A model generated the notes under the pieces. That model saw only the letters and a program-made list of their open reading frames with translations, ran no database searches and was not told where the DNA came from. From positions 544,001-608,000 of the forward strand of contig CBDEUS010000002.1 of the NCBI GenBank assembly GCA_965243395.1: a DNA stretch of 64,000 nt, given 5' to 3'. Each line of letters opens with the position of its first letter. The first letter of the stretch is position 1. Below, piece after piece: positions 10,807-21,810 of the stretch. A program made the position numbers and the translations under genes. The DNA comes from Gammaproteobacteria bacterium. GTDB lineage: Bacteria; Pseudomonadota; Gammaproteobacteria; UBA4575.

Positions 10807-11370
10807 TTACTCGTCTTGATCTTCAATATTCGGATTAATTTGTTGTGCAGTCATGTTGAAAGTACTTATGCGTGCAAGGTCAGTATCTTTCGTTTCAATC
10901 ACGCCTAGACTAGGTTTAGCTAACCACTCAGAGTCTTCAATCTTACGCATATAGGACGATACGCGAGCATTGGATTCGGCTCGTCCGGATAACTGCAAAT
11001 TACTGTCTGATTGCTTAAGTTTGGAAAGATGCACACCCTCTGGTAATGTTTTTACCAGCTCATCAAACAAATGTACTACACCCGGTCGCGCAGCTTGTAA
11101 ATTTTGAATTACATCCATACGTTCAATGAGCGCCTGTCGTGTAGAGTCTAGTTTTTTGATTTCTGCAATTTGCCCATCCAAAACTTTAATTTCATTTGTG
11201 AGAAATTGATTGCGTTTTTCTTGATGAGAAATTCTGCCATTAATTTCAAAGTGGGTAAGTAATACAACTGCTGCACAAAGTGCACCCGCTAACCCCATTA
11301 AGGTAAAGAATTCTTTTTGTTGCTCACGTCTACGTGTTTCGCGCCAGGGTAATAGATTAATTCTAGCCAT
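10807..11370 (-). CDS. pilN: Type IV pilus protein PilN
   Basis: N-terminal INLLPWRE, TM helix, GRAESNARVSSYMR. Confidence 0.96.
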   Translation of the reverse strand: MARINLLPWRETRRREQQKEFFTLMGLAGALCAAVVLLTHFEINGRISHQEKRNQFLTNEIKVLDGQIAEIKKLDSTRQALIERMDVIQNLQAARPGVVHLFDELVKTLPEGVHLSKLKQSDSNLQLSGRAESNARVSSYMRKIEDSEWLAKPSLGVIETKDTDLARISTFNMTAQQINPNIEDQDE

Positions 11371-11384
11371 TTTTTTGATGTCCC

Positions 11385-12446
11385 TTAATCAAATGCTCTA
11401 AGCGCTAAACCACATGCAATTAACATTGAAGGTGCATCACCACCTAATGATTGCGGATTAATTTTAGATCCAAGTGATAGATGACTGAATGGATTCGCTA
11501 TTGTAGTCTGGATACCGGTTTCATTTGCAATCCTTTCGTCTAACCCAGGTATTGCTGCGCAACCACCGGCAAGCAATAAATGATCCACCGTAACGTGCTG
11601 ACTGGCAGAATAATAGAATTGTAAAAAGCGATTAGCTTGCTGAGCAGCCGTGTTTTTGAACGGTTCTAATAAATCGGAAACGTAGTTTTCAGGTAAACCG
11701 CCCTCTTTTTTTGCTAAGCCTGCTTCTTCAAAAGTTAAACCATACTGATGCATGATTTCTTCAGTGAGCTGTTTGCCACCAAACGGTTGTTCTCTTGTAT
11801 ACACCATTTTGTGATCATCAAGAACATTAAGACTGGTCATGGTGGCACCGATATCTAAGATCGCTACGGTTTTATCTCGTCCACGGTCTTCAACGGTCTC
11901 AGTCAAGATTGGGAATACATTCTCAATAGCATAGGCCTCTACATCGACCACAATCGGTATAAGACCGGCAGCTTCTGCTGCCGCTACACGCATATCAACG
12001 TTCTCACTGCGTGATGCAGCGAGTAACACATCGATCGTTTCTGGGTTTTCTTCAGTGGGGCCTAAAATATCAAAATCCAAATTGACTTCTTCTAAGGCAT
12101 AGGGAATATACTGATCCGCTTCCAGTTGAATCTGGCCCTCCAGATCTTCTTCGCTTAAATTCGCGGGCATAGTAATCACTTTGGTGATGACAGCTGAACC
12201 TGCTACGGCCAAACAGCAGTTTTTGGCTTTGGAACTAGACTTCTTCATTACCTGTCTAATGCTTTCACCAACAGCATCGACATCAGAAATTACTTTTTCA
12301 GTAACCGCATTTGAAGGAAGTGGCTCCACTCCATAATGATCTACTCGATAGCCATTACTGGTTTGCGAAAATTCCATCGCCTTTACAGAAGAAGAGCTGA
12401 TGTCTAACCCTACGACAGGACCTTTATTTCGATTAAAAAACAACAC
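11385..12446 (-). CDS. pilM: Type IV pilus assembly protein PilM
   Basis: VGLDISSSSVK, QYIPYALEEVNLDF, LDIGATMT, ACGLALRAFD. Confidence 0.97.
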   Translation of the reverse strand: MLFFNRNKGPVVGLDISSSSVKAMEFSQTSNGYRVDHYGVEPLPSNAVTEKVISDVDAVGESIRQVMKKSSSKAKNCCLAVAGSAVITKVITMPANLSEEDLEGQIQLEADQYIPYALEEVNLDFDILGPTEENPETIDVLLAASRSENVDMRVAAAEAAGLIPIVVDVEAYAIENVFPILTETVEDRGRDKTVAILDIGATMTSLNVLDDHKMVYTREQPFGGKQLTEEIMHQYGLTFEEAGLAKKEGGLPENYVSDLLEPFKNTAAQQANRFLQFYYSASQHVTVDHLLLAGGCAAIPGLDERIANETGIQTTIANPFSHLSLGSKINPQSLGGDAPSMLIACGLALRAFD

Positions 12447-12629
12447 GTTAGTAATAAATTAATTAATAATTTCGATGGTTATAGTTGGCTTATATATGTG
12501 TATGTTAGAAACTGTGTGTAACTCTATATCAAATGGTGGGTTTAGCAAAATACTTGCTGAACCGTTCAAATTAGGTTCTGATACCTAGCTCGAAAGATAA
12601 CTCACTACTTCACTGTTAATTGTAAGCTT

Positions 12630-15152
12630 ATGCCATTGTTTTTAAAGCTATTACGTCTCATATTCATCGGAATTTTCGGGATTTCCGTCGCGGCAGGCAT
12701 CGTTGCGGTAGGGGCTTACCTTTATTTTGCGCCCGGATTGCCAAGTGTCAGCACTTTGAAAGACGTTGAATTACAAGTACCTTTGAAGGTATTCAGCCGT
12801 GATCAAAAGCTCATCGCTGTATATGGAGAAAAGCGCCGCCAACCCTTACAGATCAATGAATATCCTGAAGCTGTCATCCAGGCTTTTTTGGCTGCAGAAG
12901 ATGATCGTTTTTATGAGCATCCCGGGGTGGATTATCAAGGATTACTACGTGCCGCAAGTGAGGTAATACGCTACAGGGAGATTAGATCAGGTGGTAGCAC
13001 AATCACCATGCAACTGGCACGCAATTTTTTCCTGGGTAGTGAAAAAAAACTCGTGCGTAAAATCAGAGAGATATTTCTTGCGCTGGAAATCGAGCATGTT
13101 GAAAATCTCAGTAAAGATGAAATTCTAGAACTTTATCTGAATAAAATTTATTTAGGTAATCGTGCTTATGGTGTAGGCGCAGCTGCCGACGTTTACTATG
13201 GACTTGATGTGGATGAATTAAATTATGCACAAGTCGCCATGATAGCCGGGTTACCTAAAGCACCATCAAAATTTAATCCTATTATCAATCCTAGTCGCGC
13301 ACTTCAACGTCGCAATTATGTTTTAAGAAGAATGTATACGCTGGATTATATTGATGAAGAAACCTACCAAAACTCAATTGCAGCTCCTGCAACAGCCTCA
13401 CGCCATTACCCAAGAGTTGAAGTGGATGCGCCTTATATTGGTGAAATGGTTCGTGCACATATAGTCGACACTTATGGTACCGAAGATGCTTATAACAAGG
13501 GGTACCGTGTATTTACTACTATTGATACACACTTACAACAAGCTGCAAGAACCGCGTTGGTGAATGGCTTAAAGGCTTACGACCATCGTCATGGTTACCG
13601 CGGAGCTGAGGCCCAAGTAGAAATTAATCAAGTCACATTAGAGGAAATAGACACTGCTCAACTAGATGAAACCTTGAGTGAAATGACAGATGTGGGAGGC
13701 TTACTTCCAGGTGTTATCACAAATGTTGCTGAGGAAGAAATTAAAGTATACATAGGAGCCGAACAAACGATCGCTATTCCCATAGGCAACGCAACTTGGG
13801 CACGACAATATATAGATGAAAACTCTGTTGGAGATGAACCAAGTGATTTCACAAAAATGTTCAATGTTGGTGATGTTATTCGTGTCACTACAGAAGATGC
13901 TAAGCAGTGGTACTTGGCACAAATTCCGAGTGTTTCAGGAGCACTTGTTTCAGTGGATCCTAATAGTGGCGGTATTTTGGCTTTAGTTGGTGGTTTTGAT
14001 TATTACTACAGCAAGTTTAATCGTGCCGTTCAAGCTAAACGTCAACCTGGTTCCAGTTTCAAACCCTTTATTTATTCTGCTGCACTGGATTCTGGTTACA
14101 CGCCAGCAAGTATCATTAATGATGCACCCGTTGTATTTGAAGATGTTGCTTTAGAAGATACTTGGCGACCACAAAATTACAGCGGTAAATTTTTTGGTCC
14201 GACACGCTTAAGAGTGGCGTTATTCAAATCACGTAATATGGTTTCAATTCGTTTGCTGAACGATATGGGTCGTCGCCATGCAATGCAACATGTCACTAAA
14301 TTTGGATTTGACCGGGAACGTCTCCCCTATGATTTGACTTTGGCTTTAGGTTCAGGGGTTGTCTCACCACTTGAATTAGCTAAAGGTTATACCGTTTTTG
14401 CAAATGGTGGTTACCACATCGAACCTTATCTAATCGAAAGAATAGAAAATGATAAAGGTGAAATTCTATACCAGGCAGGTGATTTAGTATTTTGTGAAAT
14501 CGACTGTTCATTATTTGATGACAATGAATCAGATGAATATGAATCGATTGAAGAAATACTGATTTCGGGAGAGCAAATCAATACAACTACAAACAATACA
14601 GATGAATCAGATAGTTCTATAACAGAAAACCGTCTAGCTACTAGAGTATTAGATGAAGAGAATGCATACCAGATGGTCAGCATGATGAAAGACGTTATTA
14701 AACGAGGTACCGGACGGAAGGCCATCGAACTGGGTAGAGATGATTTAGCAGGTAAAACGGGAACGACAAATGAGCAGCACGATGCATGGTTTAGTGGTTT
14801 TAATGGTGATGTTGTGGCAACTGCTTGGGTGGGTTTCGATCAAGATAAACCACTAGGTAAACGAGAAGTGGGTGGTACCGCAGCATTACCGATTTGGATG
14901 GATTACATGAAAATTGCATTAGAGGGTAGAGAAGAGAACACACTGCAATCACCTGAAGGAATTGTCATAATGCGAATTGATCCTAAAACAGGACTCTTGG
15001 TGGACCAAGACAGTGATCGAGGTATTGAAGAAACTTTTCGCGAGGAATTTATACCAACCAGTAGCGTCGAAATAGATAATCAGATTACTTACCAGCAAGA
15101 AAATGTTGAGCCGGGTGGCGAAGTGATAGAGATTCCTGAGCAATTATTTTGA
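12630..15152 (+). CDS. mrcA: Penicillin-binding protein 1A
   Basis: Transglycosylase EDDRFYEHPG and GGSTITMQL; transpeptidase SSFK, SRN, KTG; divergent from pilM. Confidence 0.97.
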   Translation: MPLFLKLLRLIFIGIFGISVAAGIVAVGAYLYFAPGLPSVSTLKDVELQVPLKVFSRDQKLIAVYGEKRRQPLQINEYPEAVIQAFLAAEDDRFYEHPGVDYQGLLRAASEVIRYREIRSGGSTITMQLARNFFLGSEKKLVRKIREIFLALEIEHVENLSKDEILELYLNKIYLGNRAYGVGAAADVYYGLDVDELNYAQVAMIAGLPKAPSKFNPIINPSRALQRRNYVLRRMYTLDYIDEETYQNSIAAPATASRHYPRVEVDAPYIGEMVRAHIVDTYGTEDAYNKGYRVFTTIDTHLQQAARTALVNGLKAYDHRHGYRGAEAQVEINQVTLEEIDTAQLDETLSEMTDVGGLLPGVITNVAEEEIKVYIGAEQTIAIPIGNATWARQYIDENSVGDEPSDFTKMFNVGDVIRVTTEDAKQWYLAQIPSVSGALVSVDPNSGGILALVGGFDYYYSKFNRAVQAKRQPGSSFKPFIYSAALDSGYTPASIINDAPVVFEDVALEDTWRPQNYSGKFFGPTRLRVALFKSRNMVSIRLLNDMGRRHAMQHVTKFGFDRERLPYDLTLALGSGVVSPLELAKGYTVFANGGYHIEPYLIERIENDKGEILYQAGDLVFCEIDCSLFDDNESDEYESIEEILISGEQINTTTNNTDESDSSITENRLATRVLDEENAYQMVSMMKDVIKRGTGRKAIELGRDDLAGKTGTTNEQHDAWFSGFNGDVVATAWVGFDQDKPLGKREVGGTAALPIWMDYMKIALEGREENTLQSPEGIVIMRIDPKTGLLVDQDSDRGIEETFREEFIPTSSVEIDNQITYQQENVEPGGEVIEIPEQLF

Positions 15153-15203
15153 AGTGCTGATAATCATAGGTGTTCATTTTTATGTTTATCTTTTTGATTA
15201 AAG

Positions 15204-15830
15204 ATGAAGAATGATAAAAAATCTATTTATCCTAAAGTTGATAAACTAAGGTGTGCTCTTGCGGATGAAACTGCAAAAATAATTATGCTTGAAGGTATTA
15301 AAGACTTTCGCCGAGCAAAACTAAAAGCCAGTGAGCGTTTAGGTAATTCAAATTTTGGTTCTTTGCCAAGTAATATTGAAATTGAAGAAGCAATTAATTC
15401 TTTTCAAAATACTTTTTTGCCAGATCACAAAGAAATTGTTTTTTCGCAGCGCCAGGTTGCATTAGAGATCATGCAGTTTTTACAAGACTATTCTCCATTT
15501 TTAGTAGGATCGGTTTTAGAAGGGACTTCGGGCGTAAATAGCCCAATCAGTATTCATGTATCTAGTGACACCGTAGAAAATGTTATCAATCAAATTAAAG
15601 CAAAAAGCTTGCGAATTGATATTGCTGAGAGAAGGTTAAAGTTAAATAACCAATTAATATTTGTACCAACTATTTGTTTTGAGTATCAGAATTTTGAAAT
15701 AGAAGTATTGATATTTTCATTGCGCCAGCAACACCAGCTCCCAAAAAGTAAAAGTCGAAATCGTAGTATGCAAAGAATGAATATAAAGGGCTTACAAGAG
15801 ATGTTGCAAACTAATGGTATGCAGGGCTAA
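15204..15830 (+). CDS. Hypothetical protein, possible degenerate nucleotidyltransferase fold
   Basis: 208-aa ORF following mrcA; [25 protein letters not shown]. Confidence 0.6.
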   Translation: MKNDKKSIYPKVDKLRCALADETAKIIMLEGIKDFRRAKLKASERLGNSNFGSLPSNIEIEEAINSFQNTFLPDHKEIVFSQRQVALEIMQFLQDYSPFLVGSVLEGTSGVNSPISIHVSSDTVENVINQIKAKSLRIDIAERRLKLNNQLIFVPTICFEYQNFEIEVLIFSLRQQHQLPKSKSRNRSMQRMNIKGLQEMLQTNGMQG

Positions 15831-16872
15831 ATTCTCGCACAGCTTCAACAAGCACTGTAACTTTGTCTGGATGTACATACTGTTGTATACCGTGACCTAG
15901 ATTAAACACGTGACCTGTTCCTTTACCAAATTTATCGAGAACTTTTTTAACCTCTTCACGAATAACATTGTCACTGCCATATAAAACGCATGGGTCGAGA
16001 TTCCCTTGCAGTGCTACTTTATCGCCCACTTGTGCTCTGGCATGAGCTATTTCTGTGGTCCAGTCTAATCCTAAAGCGTCGCATCCTGTAGCAGCCATTT
16101 CATTTAGCCAATTACCGCCGCCCTTTGTAAACAAAACAATGGGTACGTCACGCATAGAAGATTTGTTTTTGAGTTTTTGCACAATTTCCTGCATAGGGCT
16201 TAAAGAAAACTTGAGATAAGTTTCTTTTGATAATACGCCTCCCCATGTATCAAATATCATTAAAGCTTGTGCACCTGCATCAACTTGTGCTGCAAGATAA
16301 TCTGTAACAGAGTTACTTAATACAGCGAGTAATTTTTCTAAGGTACCAGGTTCTTGGTACATCATGCCTTTTACCTTATGAAACTCTTTGCTACCTTTAC
16401 CTTCAATCATGTAAGTAGCCAAGGTCCATGGGCTGCCCGAAAAACCAATTAAAGGTACTCGGTCATTGAGTTCTTTGCGAATTAAGCTGACGGCGTCAGT
16501 GACATAGCCTAATTCATTCATGGGCGAAAGATTAGAAATACGTTCTACATCAGATAAACATGTAATCGGTGATTTAAAACTGGGCCCCTCTCCTTCACTG
16601 AATTGCAAACCGAGACCAAGTGCATCGGGTATCGTAAGAATGTCTGAGAATAAAATCGCTGCATCCAATGCATAACGGTCGATGGGTTGTAATGTAACTT
16701 CGCAGGCTAGTTCTGGTGTTTTGCAAAGAGTTAAAAAATCCCCAGCTTTTTTTCGTGTGGCTCTATACTCGGGTAGATATCGTCCTGCCTGACGCATAAT
16801 CCATAACGGAGTGCGATCAATTGGTTCTTTGCGTAGTGCGCGCAAGAACAGGTCATTTTTTAAATTTGCCAT
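15811..16872 (-). CDS. hemE: Uroporphyrinogen decarboxylase
   Basis: [44 protein letters not shown]. Confidence 0.98.
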   Translation of the reverse strand: MANLKNDLFLRALRKEPIDRTPLWIMRQAGRYLPEYRATRKKAGDFLTLCKTPELACEVTLQPIDRYALDAAILFSDILTIPDALGLGLQFSEGEGPSFKSPITCLSDVERISNLSPMNELGYVTDAVSLIRKELNDRVPLIGFSGSPWTLATYMIEGKGSKEFHKVKGMMYQEPGTLEKLLAVLSNSVTDYLAAQVDAGAQALMIFDTWGGVLSKETYLKFSLSPMQEIVQKLKNKSSMRDVPIVLFTKGGGNWLNEMAATGCDALGLDWTTEIAHARAQVGDKVALQGNLDPCVLYGSDNVIREEVKKVLDKFGKGTGHVFNLGHGIQQYVHPDKVTVLVEAVREFSPAYH

Positions 16873-16948
16873 GATAGAAAGTAATAGGATCAGGCCACTA
16901 AATTATGTGGGCAACTATAGCAGTGATAATAATAATTATAGAGCTTGG

Positions 16949-17395
16949 TTAAGACAAAGAAGATTTGATTTTAGCGCTAACGGCACCCATATCTGCACGA
17001 CCTGCTAGTTTAGGTTTTAGAATGCCCATTACCTTACCCATATCTTTTATGCTGCTTGCCCCAGAGGCTGTCATTGCTTCTGAAATTAGCTGATCGATTT
17101 CATCTTCGCTGAGTGCTTCGGGTAAATATTCACTAATAACTTCTAATTCTTGTTTTTCTTTGTCTACTAAATCTTGTCGTCCGGCATTTTCAAATTGGCT
17201 AATTGATTCGCGACGTTGTTTTTGCATCTTAGTTAAAGATGCAACGATGTCATCATCGGATTGCTCTTGGCGTGTATCGACTTCTTGCTGTTTTACTGCA
17301 GAAAGAATGAGACGAATTGTTTGAAGTCGAGACTTATCACCATTACGCATGGCGGTTTTCATGTCTTCAGTTATTCTGGACTTGAGGGGAGACAT
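16949..17395 (-). CDS. GatB/YqeY domain protein
   Basis: KQRRESISQF, YLPEAL, KDMGKVMG, GRADM; follows rpsU. Confidence 0.93.
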   Translation of the reverse strand: MSPLKSRITEDMKTAMRNGDKSRLQTIRLILSAVKQQEVDTRQEQSDDDIVASLTKMQKQRRESISQFENAGRQDLVDKEKQELEVISEYLPEALSEDEIDQLISEAMTASGASSIKDMGKVMGILKPKLAGRADMGAVSAKIKSSLS

Positions 17396-17435
17396 GGTAA
17401 TTAAACACCGATCGGTGTTAGAGCAGTTACTTTAC

Positions 17436-17651
17436 TTAGTAAAGACGACGTCTACGTAAGCTAGTACGAGCTACACGTTTAAGGTTGCGTTTTACCGCAG
17501 CCGCAGCCTTGCGTTTACGAATTTCAGTGGGTTTTTCATAAGCCTCACGACGGCGAACTTCGGTAACCGTACCTGCTTTTTCACATGAACGACGGAATCG
17601 TCGCAATGCAAAATCAAAAGGTTCGTTCTCTTTTACACGTATGCCGGGCAT
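17436..17651 (-). CDS. rpsU: 30S ribosomal protein S21
   Basis: [27 protein letters not shown]...YEKPT; start placed at ATG 17651 (71 aa) rather than the upstream start in the ORF track. Confidence 0.97.
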   Translation of the reverse strand: MPGIRVKENEPFDFALRRFRRSCEKAGTVTEVRRREAYEKPTEIRKRKAAAAVKRNLKRVARTSLRRRRLY

Positions 17652-17782
17652 ATGAATAACTATCTTGCTCAATTGAAAAATGAGCCGCGATTATACAGAC
17701 GGAGTCTTGAATATCAAATTACTCACTAGGGTATGAGATTGAAATATATGCCAAACGCCTTGATTCAAGCGATAATCCACTT

Positions 17783-18808
17783 ATGCGTGTATTAGGAATA
17801 GAGACTTCTTGTGACGAGACAGCGGCCGCAATCCTATGTGAAAAGAAAGGTTTATTAGCCAACCAGCTGTACTCTCAAACTGAACTTCATAGCCCTTATG
17901 GCGGTGTGGTACCGGAGCTTGCATCACGCGACCACATTAGAAAGTTGAGCCCACTTGTAAAAGAGACGCTTCGTTCAGCGGATTTACAACTTGAGCATGA
18001 TATTGATGCCATTGCCTATACCTCGGGTCCTGGCTTAATGGGCGCATTGATGGTCGGCGCTGGATTTGCGCGAAGCCTTGCCTGGTCGATAGGCAAACCT
18101 GCGATTGCAGTCCATCACATGGAAGCACATCTTCTTGCACCTTTAATTGAAAATATTGCTCCACAATTTCCGTATGTAGCACTGCTAGTTTCAGGAGGTC
18201 ATACCTTATTAGTAAAAATAGAGAGTGTTGGTCAATACAAAATTTTAGGTGAAAGCATTGATGATGCAGTTGGTGAAGCCTTTGATAAGACAGCTCAAAT
18301 GTTAGGCTTGCCATATCCTGGTGGACCGCAGATTGCACGCTTAGCGTTAGAGGGTAATCCGCAGCGATTTTCTTTTCCACGACCTATGACAGATCGGCCG
18401 GGATTAGATTTTAGTTTTAGTGGTATTAAGACGCATGTTTTAAATACATTAAAAGAGCTTCCAAGCGTGGATGATCAAGATCGAGCAGATGTGGCACGTG
18501 CATTTGAAGATGCTATTGTCGATACCTTAAGAATAAAGTCTTTGCGAGCCTTAGAGCAAAGTGGAGCTAAGACTTTAGTGGTTGCGGGAGGTGTGGGGGC
18601 AAATAAAAAATTGCGTGAGCAGTTAAAGCAAAAACTTGCCAAAAAAGGTTTAGAAGTTTTTTACCCGGCACCAGAATATTGCACGGATAATGCTGCAATG
18701 GTTGCTCAGCTTGGTTTGTTAAGACTAGATAAATTACGTGCACACAGTATTGTCGATGATAAATTAGCCATTAATGTGCGACCGCGCTGGTCTTTGGAAA
18801 ATATATAA
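17783..18808 (+). CDS. tsaD: tRNA N6-adenosine threonylcarbamoyltransferase
   Basis: [45 protein letters not shown]. Confidence 0.98.
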   Translation: MRVLGIETSCDETAAAILCEKKGLLANQLYSQTELHSPYGGVVPELASRDHIRKLSPLVKETLRSADLQLEHDIDAIAYTSGPGLMGALMVGAGFARSLAWSIGKPAIAVHHMEAHLLAPLIENIAPQFPYVALLVSGGHTLLVKIESVGQYKILGESIDDAVGEAFDKTAQMLGLPYPGGPQIARLALEGNPQRFSFPRPMTDRPGLDFSFSGIKTHVLNTLKELPSVDDQDRADVARAFEDAIVDTLRIKSLRALEQSGAKTLVVAGGVGANKKLREQLKQKLAKKGLEVFYPAPEYCTDNAAMVAQLGLLRLDKLRAHSIVDDKLAINVRPRWSLENI

Positions 18809-18827
18809 AATAATTTAAAAAATATGC

Positions 18828-19451
18828 TTATTTTTTTGCACCTATTCGCGATTCATTTCCCGATAATAATTTTTTAATATTGTCACGATGTCGCCAAAAA
18901 ACCAATACAGTCATAAGCGCAATAGCTACAACGATTAAAATATTATTTTCTGTATAACTTGTCCATGCCTTCGTAGTTAGCCAACTAATTATGAGTGTAG
19001 TTAAAGTCGCTACCAGCGCTGCTAATGAAGAATAACGAAACAACACTGCGACACCTAACCAAAGCCCAATCCACACGATTGCTAAAACCCAGTCAAATCC
19101 AAATAGCACGCCTAGTGTCGTAGCAACACCTTTACCACCTTTAAACTGATAATAAACAGGATACATATGGCCGAGTAGTGCAGCCACACCCGTTACTGCG
19201 ACCAAAGCTGTGTTGGCAGTTACTAAATCAACAAGCAAGACAGGTAGCAAACCTTTTAATAGATCACCCGCTAATGTAATTCCTGCAGCTAGTTTATTTC
19301 CTGTGCGCAACACATTTGTTGCGCCGGGATTGCCAGAGCCTAAATTACGCGGGTCAGGTAAACTAAAGACTTTGCTAACGATAATTGCGCTATTAATCGA
19401 ACCGAGCAGATAAGCGCCAATAACATATAAAAGCTGTACGTTTTCCATCAT
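18828..19451 (-). CDS. plsY: Acyl-phosphate:glycerol-3-phosphate acyltransferase
   Basis: GSGNPGATNVLR, GHMYP, FKGGKGVAT, HRDNIKKL; start may be ATG 19448. Confidence 0.96.
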   Translation of the reverse strand: MMENVQLLYVIGAYLLGSINSAIIVSKVFSLPDPRNLGSGNPGATNVLRTGNKLAAGITLAGDLLKGLLPVLLVDLVTANTALVAVTGVAALLGHMYPVYYQFKGGKGVATTLGVLFGFDWVLAIVWIGLWLGVAVLFRYSSLAALVATLTTLIISWLTTKAWTSYTENNILIVVAIALMTVLVFWRHRDNIKKLLSGNESRIGAKK

Positions 19452-19454
19452 TAA

Positions 19455-20228
19455 ATGTCTAAATTACATGTCACCAAGTTTGAAGAAACTAAGCAAGCGC
19501 CTATATTGGTATTGTTACATGGATGGGGTTCAAGTTCGAAGATATGGCAATTATGTTTGGACGACTTGTGTAAGAACTTTCGGGTTTGGTGCATAGATCT
19601 ACCTGGGCATGGTGAAAACCATTCCATAATCTGGGATGAAAGTGTTGAACAGGGATTAAGCTTGATGGCGAATACATTGCCAGAAATTTGCTCAATAGTT
19701 GGATGGTCATTAGGCGGCCTGTATGCACAATTATATTTGCAACACTTTCCGCACCGCGTACAAAACCTAATGCTTATTGCCAGTACTCCCAAGTTTATCG
19801 CGAGTAAAAATTGGCCTAATGGCATGTCTGTAGAAACATTTAAGAAGTTTTCACATAATTTTAAACATTCACCTGAACAAACTATAAAACAGTTTCATAC
19901 ACTACAAACCTTACATAGCACATGTACAAAAAAAATAATGCATTCGCTCGAACATGCTACAAAGCATCAATCTTTGAAAAATATAATTTGGGGATTGCAA
20001 TGGCTAAACACAATAGACTTGCGTAGCAGCGGCATCGATCAACATGCACACATACATATTATGCAAGGCGAAAAAGATCAGGTTTCATCTCTACATGCTG
20101 CGGAAGACACTGCAAAAATTTGGGACAATGTAAGCTTGCTAAAAATAATGGATGCCGGACATGTGCCGTTTTTATCACATCCAAAACTATTTATAGAAAA
20201 AGTAAATCTTATGATGCAAGTGAATTAA
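19455..20228 (+). CDS. bioH: Pimeloyl-ACP methyl ester carboxylesterase
   Basis: LLHGWG, DLPGHG, GWSLGG nucleophile elbow, GHVPFLSHP; adjacent to bioC. Confidence 0.88.
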   Translation: MSKLHVTKFEETKQAPILVLLHGWGSSSKIWQLCLDDLCKNFRVWCIDLPGHGENHSIIWDESVEQGLSLMANTLPEICSIVGWSLGGLYAQLYLQHFPHRVQNLMLIASTPKFIASKNWPNGMSVETFKKFSHNFKHSPEQTIKQFHTLQTLHSTCTKKIMHSLEHATKHQSLKNIIWGLQWLNTIDLRSSGIDQHAHIHIMQGEKDQVSSLHAAEDTAKIWDNVSLLKIMDAGHVPFLSHPKLFIEKVNLMMQVN

Positions 20229-20239
20229 GTTTGTAATAA

Positions 20240-21079
20240 ATGTCGATATTAAATAAACAACAAATTCGTGAAGACTTTTCTAAAGCTGCTAAAACCTATG
20301 ACGCAGCTGCTGTTGTACAAGATGAAATATGTCGTCGCGCATTAGAGCGTTTACAAATGCTTAAATTACAGGCGGACGTTATTCTTGATATTGGTAGCGG
20401 TACTGGCACTAGTCTGAATGGACTACAGACACTATTCCCAAGCAGTCGAATAATTGCGAGTGATATTGCTTTGCCAATGTTGCAACAAAATCAAAAATTT
20501 TTATCTATTTGTAATGATGCTGAATGCTCAGCGATAAAAAATGCGTCAGTAGACCTAATTTTTTCTACTTCAACTTTTCAATGGTGTGAAGATCTTCCAC
20601 GAGTTTTAGCTGAATGTTCACGCATTCTGAAAAATGATGGAGCATTGTTATTCACGACTTTTGGCCCTGACACACTAAAGGAGTTACGCCAAAGTTGGGC
20701 ACAAGTAGATCAGCTCGACCATGTACATGACTTTATAGATATGCACCATATTGGCGATATGTTGCTTAGCCTGCAATACCTAGATCCAGTTGTAGATAGA
20801 GAAATGATTATTATTGAGTATGAAAAATTTCAACAATTATTAAGAGACTTGAAGGCAACAGGTAGTCGAAGCAAATTCAAAACTGAGGCTGAAAGTGCTC
20901 TATTGGGTTTAACAGGTAAGGCTAAATTTCAAAGAGTCGTAACAGCCTATGAACGTTTCCGCCAAAAAAATGGCCTATTACCGGCGAGTTATGAAGTAAT
21001 TTACGGATATGCACGCAAATCAAGTCTTCAAGCATCTATGGATGGAGAAATTAAGATACCGGTCGATAATATAAAATAG
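20240..21079 (+). CDS. bioC: Malonyl-ACP O-methyltransferase
   Basis: FSKAAKTYD, LDIGSGTG, FGPDTLKEL, FIDMHHIGD, SYEVIYG. Confidence 0.92.
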   Translation: MSILNKQQIREDFSKAAKTYDAAAVVQDEICRRALERLQMLKLQADVILDIGSGTGTSLNGLQTLFPSSRIIASDIALPMLQQNQKFLSICNDAECSAIKNASVDLIFSTSTFQWCEDLPRVLAECSRILKNDGALLFTTFGPDTLKELRQSWAQVDQLDHVHDFIDMHHIGDMLLSLQYLDPVVDREMIIIEYEKFQQLLRDLKATGSRSKFKTEAESALLGLTGKAKFQRVVTAYERFRQKNGLLPASYEVIYGYARKSSLQASMDGEIKIPVDNIK

Positions 21080-21290
21080 CGTCAAATCTAATAATCGATG
21101 TTAATGGCAATATAAAAGTTGATTTTTCATACTATACGACTATCTCTATTGAGCTCGAGTGTCAGATATGACTTTTTCTAATGGAGAGATACAATTATCA
21201 CGCTTAAAATTGTTAGATATATCGTCTAACAACCCATGAATTCTGGACTAAATAAATGGGTAAGGAATTAGCGATTAAGGGATTAATAGT

Positions 21291-21788
21291 TTGAACACAA
21301 TTGCTGATATAGATCATAAACTGGAGGTTCCAACACAGTTTATAGTTCGACGTAACCAATCTCTTTCCTGGCGTGGCAACAAAATTTTTATTACTCATGT
21401 CGGAATTTTGTCATTCAGTATTGCAGGAGTATTCGCATTACATGGTTTGTGGCTTATTTTGCCTTTTGTCGGGTTAGAAATTTTAATTTTATCGGTTGCT
21501 TTATATATTTGCTGTTTACGTAATCGCTATAAAGAAGTGATTACTATTGAGGATAAAAAGCTTATTGTGGAGAAAGGATCACAGCAGCCTAATGAGACGT
21601 GGGAATTTGATCGGGCGTGGGTTAACCTGGAATTGAAAGATTCGAAACTTCTGGGACACCCAAGCAAATTGCTAATTCGATCAAAAGGCTCACAAACTGA
21701 AATAGGTGAATGTTTGACAGACAAGGAAAAACAAAGTTTAGCAAGGTCTTTAATGCGAACATTACACATTACACTAAATAAAAGTTAA
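21291..21788 (+). CDS. DUF2244-like membrane protein
   Basis: RNQSLS, GLWLILPFVGLE, EIGECL; directly upstream of coxB. Confidence 0.8.
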   Translation: MNTIADIDHKLEVPTQFIVRRNQSLSWRGNKIFITHVGILSFSIAGVFALHGLWLILPFVGLEILILSVALYICCLRNRYKEVITIEDKKLIVEKGSQQPNETWEFDRAWVNLELKDSKLLGHPSKLLIRSKGSQTEIGECLTDKEKQSLARSLMRTLHITLNKS

Positions 21789-21810
21789 CTACTTAGCTAG
21801 GAAACCATAC

